Positions 58,978 to 64,000 of a stretch of 64,000 nt of DNA are shown here, one piece after another. Made by a program: the position numbers and the translations under genes. Source of the DNA: Amphiscolops sp. MND2022 (Eukaryota); contig OZ076409.1 in assembly GCA_964187785.1 (NCBI GenBank), positions 2,046,001 to 2,110,000 of the forward strand. The letters run 5' to 3'. How positions within the stretch are numbered: position 1 is the first letter of the stretch; each line of letters starts with the position of its first letter. Under the pieces are notes generated by a model. The model did not search any database. It saw only the letters and a program-made list of their open reading frames with translations, and was not told the DNA's origin.

Positions 58978-61089
58978 AATCGTCAGTGTGTTGGTTATAA
59001 GACAGCACGAAGTATTGAAATTCAAGATGTTATAGCGTTTGGTAGTTGTTGGTGTGAAGAAACGATTGGTGGTGTGAACGGCTGCAGCTTGATAGGAACA
59101 CTAATCAAGCCGTAGATGGCGTCGTTTTTTGTTTGTTTTCATTACCTTTCGTTAGCTTTTCTTGTGAAACGCTTGGCAGAATCTTGCAAGATGGTACATA
59201 ATCCCCGCGCTTTTTGTAAGAACTCCAAGGAATTCGAGCCGAAAATCTAGGATTATCAAGAATCATATACAAATTTTTTACACTGGGTAACGTATACAAC
59301 AGTCTATTTTCAGCCTGGGATTGAAGAGTATTTTTGATGGCAAACTATCATCGGCTGAATTCGTACTGTATTGATTAAAACTGTATGTGGTCCGACTGTT
59401 TCTATATGGGAGGGAAACTCGGAATCAATAGGGCCAAAAAATCTTCGTCTTGCAAGCTATTTCCAAAAATTATATATTTTCTCCCTGGGGTCTGAACAAA
59501 AATTGCTTTGTTTTCTTTTCGTCACCTTCCCAAAATCGGCATTCAAAATTTGAAAAGGTTGAACTGATCATATTAAAAAAAGAAATTTGAACTCCCGATA
59601 GTGCCGGAAAAGGTCAAAGAATGAAACCAAGCAAGAATCGAACTTTTGACCTCGTGTTTTGAAAAAATCATGCAGCACATTTTGGTTTTATATCTGCTAC
59701 GAAGTCAATGTTCTGTTTCATTGAGGAGCTTTTTTTCTAGCGAAATAAAATGGTCTTTGCAAGAATTTGAATCAAAACGCGGCGGAGATACTTATTTCTT
59801 GCTCCGATTTTTCTATGACTTATATGCAGTGTCAATTCGAGGTAACATAGCAACGTGTCTTTTCATAATTAGGAAGAATCTTTGAAGAACTTTGCTACAA
59901 TGTGTCTGTCAGGAGGTAAGAATGTACGTTCTTGATAGACTTGAATTGATTGAAAGAAACATTGTTGGTTGAAAACTTTTTGATGATGGTTTACATGAGC
60001 AGGGTCATTAAAGCATTTGGGTTCCGTCAAAAACAGCTACAGTAAGTTCTCACTCGGCAAATTTGAAATAACAGCTTGGTTCGGTTCGTACTTTAATGAT
60101 TTATAGTTCCATCGCATTCAGACTCTCCGAAAAAAAATTGAAAAAAAAATCAAAAAAGATAACTTAATTGAAAATTTTCTTCGAAATTGTCACGTATTAT
60201 GAGCCGTGTTTCTGATAAAAGAATTCAACGTGTCATGAACATTTGTAGGTGGTAAAATGGAAAGAAATAATTCGAACTAGAAAATGAATCTTGTTAATTT
60301 TGGTGCGTAAATGTAATCTTTTTGAAGATTCGCATTAAACAATGAACCGCGCGCCGTCTATTTGATTTTGGAGAACTTACTATCGGTGTATGTTCAATTA
60401 AAAGCAGCATTCTAATAAATTGACCCGAATCAATCCAAACATGCTTCATTTGTGATTAAATAGATAAATAACTTCCGATTAAAAGCATCGAACTTTGCAA
60501 TAAACCGCTCTCCGTATTCGCTCAAGTTGTCTTTATTACCTCAAAAAAATGAAAAAATGATCTAGTTTTTTTGAATAGTCATTCGGTTTTCTGAAGCAAC
60601 GATTTCTTTCTAGTAAACCGACAACTTTCATTTAGACAATATTTTTCTTGTAATTTTGCTTTGCAAGATAAGATGGCCATTTTGAAATAACCTGAGCAAA
60701 AAACAGAATCGAAAATCGATGAGTTTTCAGCAATTATCATTACTTTCGTTCGCCATAGGAGTGAAAATTGAGCGTGATGAATCATAAAAGTGCGTCCCAA
60801 ACATGAAGGGCGAGTTGTCTGTTTTTGAGGATGATTAACAAAAGCAGTGGTAATAGTTTTGGGGGGAGTTGAGACACTGCAAAGGCACCTTCAGCGTTTT
60901 CTTCTGCGCTTTCTGCCGAACTTCCTCCACCTCCTATTCACACCCCTTGGAAAACTTCTCAAATTTTTTTAAAGACTAAAATTTTTATATATGTGTTATC
61001 AGCATGAAAGGATCATCATAAAACATCTAGGACAAAAAAAGTGTCTCCTAACTTTTTCCTGAGTACATTTCCTTAGAAATACTTCATGG

Positions 61090-62600
61090 CGCAGTCAGCT
61101 TAATGAAAACTTATATTCGAAAAGAAAAACTGTCCGAACATGCACGAAGGAACAGAAGAGGCTAACAACGCAACGGGAGAAATAAACAGCCAGTAAATCC
61201 CAAACAACACAAAGACAAGATTGGTAGAACGGACATCTACCCAGAAGCTGCCCATTCCGGTCTTAGAGAAGAATGATTGCACTACTAAGAAACTATGGTG
61301 TACAAAAATTGTCAAATATATTAAAATGACCCGTGATATAGCTCTGTCAAAGCTGGCAAACTTCAGAGAAACTACCGCAGTATAAAGATCAATTGGAGGA
61401 AAACATAAAAGTTGTATTTATATGGGCGATTGGACAACCAGAAATCACAGAGGTGACAAAGACAATTCGAGAAAGAGGACCAAGCTAACTACCTTTATAC
61501 CAACTTTAGGCACTATTCAGATTACATTTTATTCCACAACGGAACAAACACCAGAGGAGAGCGCATTTCCTCAATTTAAAGCGAAAACCGGAGGAATCAG
61601 CAGAAACCTGGAAATGTATTCTCGAAATCGAGAAACTGCAGATTCGAAGAAATAACTGCGGCGGAAATGTTAGCATCAAAATTCCTCTCCGTGGTCGGAA
61701 AACCTAAAAGCGAAAATAACTTGAAAAAGAATATTGATAAAGAATGGGGATATATCGGTGGAAACAAATACTGGCGCAATTTATGATTAAATCTACGAGA
61801 AAATGAAAAAATCCGAAGACTCAGATGAAGAAACAAACATGTGAACAGAAAAAAATCATACAAAAAGATGACAAAGAAAAGCAAAGCAAATTCAGAAAAC
61901 TCGATTGCATTAGATGCGGTGCACCAAATCGGAACAAGATGCATGACTGTCCTGTTAGAACCAAAAATCTTTGGATTGTTGAACAATTGGACACTGCGGA
62001 AGGCTATGCCAATCAAAATATAGAAGAAAGCGAAAACTAAAACATAAAACCAATATTACGAAGCAACAAGCGTTGAACGAGACGAATGGTCTCCACACGC
62101 AGTGCACTCAAAAATCAGAACGGTCCTTCATGAAGACAAATACTGAAAGACGGACAACCATTCCTCTCTACAACGGTATTGGTTAATATCCGTCCATTCT
62201 ACTTCGTATTCGACTGCGGATTTCCAGTCACACTCATGCCATAACACAAATTCAATGGAGTTTCACCAAGACAACCACTTCACGAGAATATAGACACGTA
62301 AACAACAACAAAGTATTTATTGAAGGCAAAACACTGCCAAACGTCAAAACCTCCGGAGAAAAGGAGAAACTGAAACTAATAATTACAACAAAAAGAATGA
62401 GTTTTTACTCGGAATAGGTTAAATGAAGCAATTGAGGATCAATCTGGATATGAAAACAACTAACCTACCAATCCAATATATCCTGGAAGATCCGGATATA
62501 ACAGACCGAAAAAAAATTCGGAAACAATTTCCTCAAAAACACAATATTGAAAAGAATAGAAGTGGACATCCAACTGAAATCATTGCGTTCACTGGAATGT
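61090..62600 (+). pseudogene. Very decayed Gypsy gag-protease relic
   Basis: CIRCGAPN...HDCP knuckle remnant (~61910), FDCGFPVTLMP resembling DTGSPVTL.P (~62210) and an LLG...MKQL.I-like stretch (~62410). Confidence 0.55.
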
Positions 62601-63188
62601 CAATACAGGTAGGCCGCCCCAATATTTTTTAGGTTCAGGGAGAAAAAGACTCCGATATCCAGGTTTCCCGGCAAAGTTTCCATATTCTAATGATAGTATA
62701 GAATCATAAAAATCAATCGCTTTTTTTCTTTGATCTCGCTACAGTCAATCTGAACTGGAAATAGCGCGTAACTTGAACCGACCTGTCAAAAAATCGAGTA
62801 ATATACTTATGACATTAAGCAGACTCGAATTATACGATTGGTCAAAATTGTGTTCGCTAATAACTTTAGTTATTTGGAAATAAAGGACAGTGGAAATTAG
62901 TAAAACGTCGTGAGTTGAAGTTTAAAAGTGATTACCGACAACAGATAAGTATCCCCGATCACATCATGTTGAGTATGGTAGACTAATATCAAGCTGTTTC
63001 TGCATAGGAAGAGAACCAGAGATAGTCTTGGAGACAAAAATGCATCAGGTACAAAATTTAAGCAACCTACTTTAACCAGACATTATAAACAATGAAAACT
63101 TGCAGAAACATTTTCTTTCCATTTTAGCAAATTTCAGTACCTTTTTCAACCTAATGAACCATGTTCCGACAAAATTAGAGTAATATTC

Positions 63189-63659
63189 ATTTTTAGTCGG
63201 CGCTTCATGCGAAACGCGACTAATATAGTGACTCTCTTTTTGTTTTTTTCCATCCACACGAACTAACCAAAACAGTTCTACAAAACTCTACGAAATTTTA
63301 TGGTATCAAACTGAACCATTTGGTCTAGCGAACTGAATCAAAAAGGGTTTTCCTTTTTTCCAGCGTAACATACAAAACCGGGCGAGACTAAAGGGTCCCC
63401 ATACAGTTTTTTCGGCATTGTGAGACTTTTTTTCGAAAACAATTCTGCTCAAAGAGTCTTCTACCTTCAATTTTTGAATGTTTTGCAGCACTGTATTTAA
63501 AAATCTGAAAGGGCTCCTTTTTAGCGCGCCAGTGCGCCAATTCGATCTAAATTTTGGGTTTTTCTGGTACTGTAGAAGATAATACTTGACACTTTGAAGT
63601 CCTTTTGCTATTTCTGAGCCTCAGATATAGCGCCGATTTACGCCGTTCCCGGCTTTGTA
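63189..63659 (-). mobile_element. HINE-like repeat copy
   Basis: tttttagtcggcgctt...agggtcccc...ttcggcattgtgagac...gcgccgatttacgccgttcccgg. Confidence 0.55.
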
Positions 63660-64000
63660 AATCCTGTTCCAACAATTTTCGGGTAAATTAAAGTTTTCAA
63701 AAACATGTGGTAACATTTTCCAAGAGCTGCCTGCCTGATTCTGAAGGAGATGATGGGGGTTCGTCTCCCCCGCCCCCGGAATCGCCCCCTCCACTGGCCG
63801 CATCGTCCCCTCCTCCCCCTTCAGGCAATGTTCACATGACACCATACTTTGCAAACTATGCAACTTTTTATTCAGTATTGAAATGTTTTTCCAAACTTCA
63901 ACTGCTGGAAAAAAACTCTGCCACTACGAGTGCCTGAGTAGTCGAAAAATTTTTGCATCTCCTAAAAATGCGTTTTTCAAGCCTGAAGGGTCATACCTTT

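Noticed and set aside
63707..63937. Pro-rich 76-aa ORF
   Set aside because: Short, low complexity, non-ATG start and no clear splice context.

Overview
Repeat-dominated eukaryotic DNA, probably an invertebrate animal (GT-AG introns, AT-rich spacers). No rRNA, CRISPR or intact tRNA gene is visible. In order: (1) 1-15184, the 3' part of a Gypsy/Ty3 LTR retrotransposon. Its pol tail appears to carry two degenerate TARG1/Poa1p-type macrodomains, followed by an env-position ORF with an SGNH-like domain, and a ~3.8 kb internal segment is present in three tandem copies. (2) A decayed CR1/L2-type LINE in which one 45-bp piece of the RT coding sequence is amplified to a 92-copy satellite. (3) A near-intact, young 16.3 kb Gypsy element (20932-37206, GACAC TSD) inserted in that LINE. 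It has 2513-bp LTRs that contain the first ~132 gag codons and a -1 gag-pol frameshift site. It also carries a phase-consistent 7-exon ANTISENSE gene (~1050 aa) resembling a catalytically altered hAT transposase with a BED-type Zn finger, which is the strongest candidate for an undescribed system here. (4) A decayed relative of that element. (5) A 2-exon secreted Kunitz inhibitor gene. (6) Helentron-associated-like repeats, a piggyBac relic between two copies of a Tc1/mariner relic, a MITE and a Gypsy gag-protease relic. Domain calls are by-eye motif recognition, not database results.
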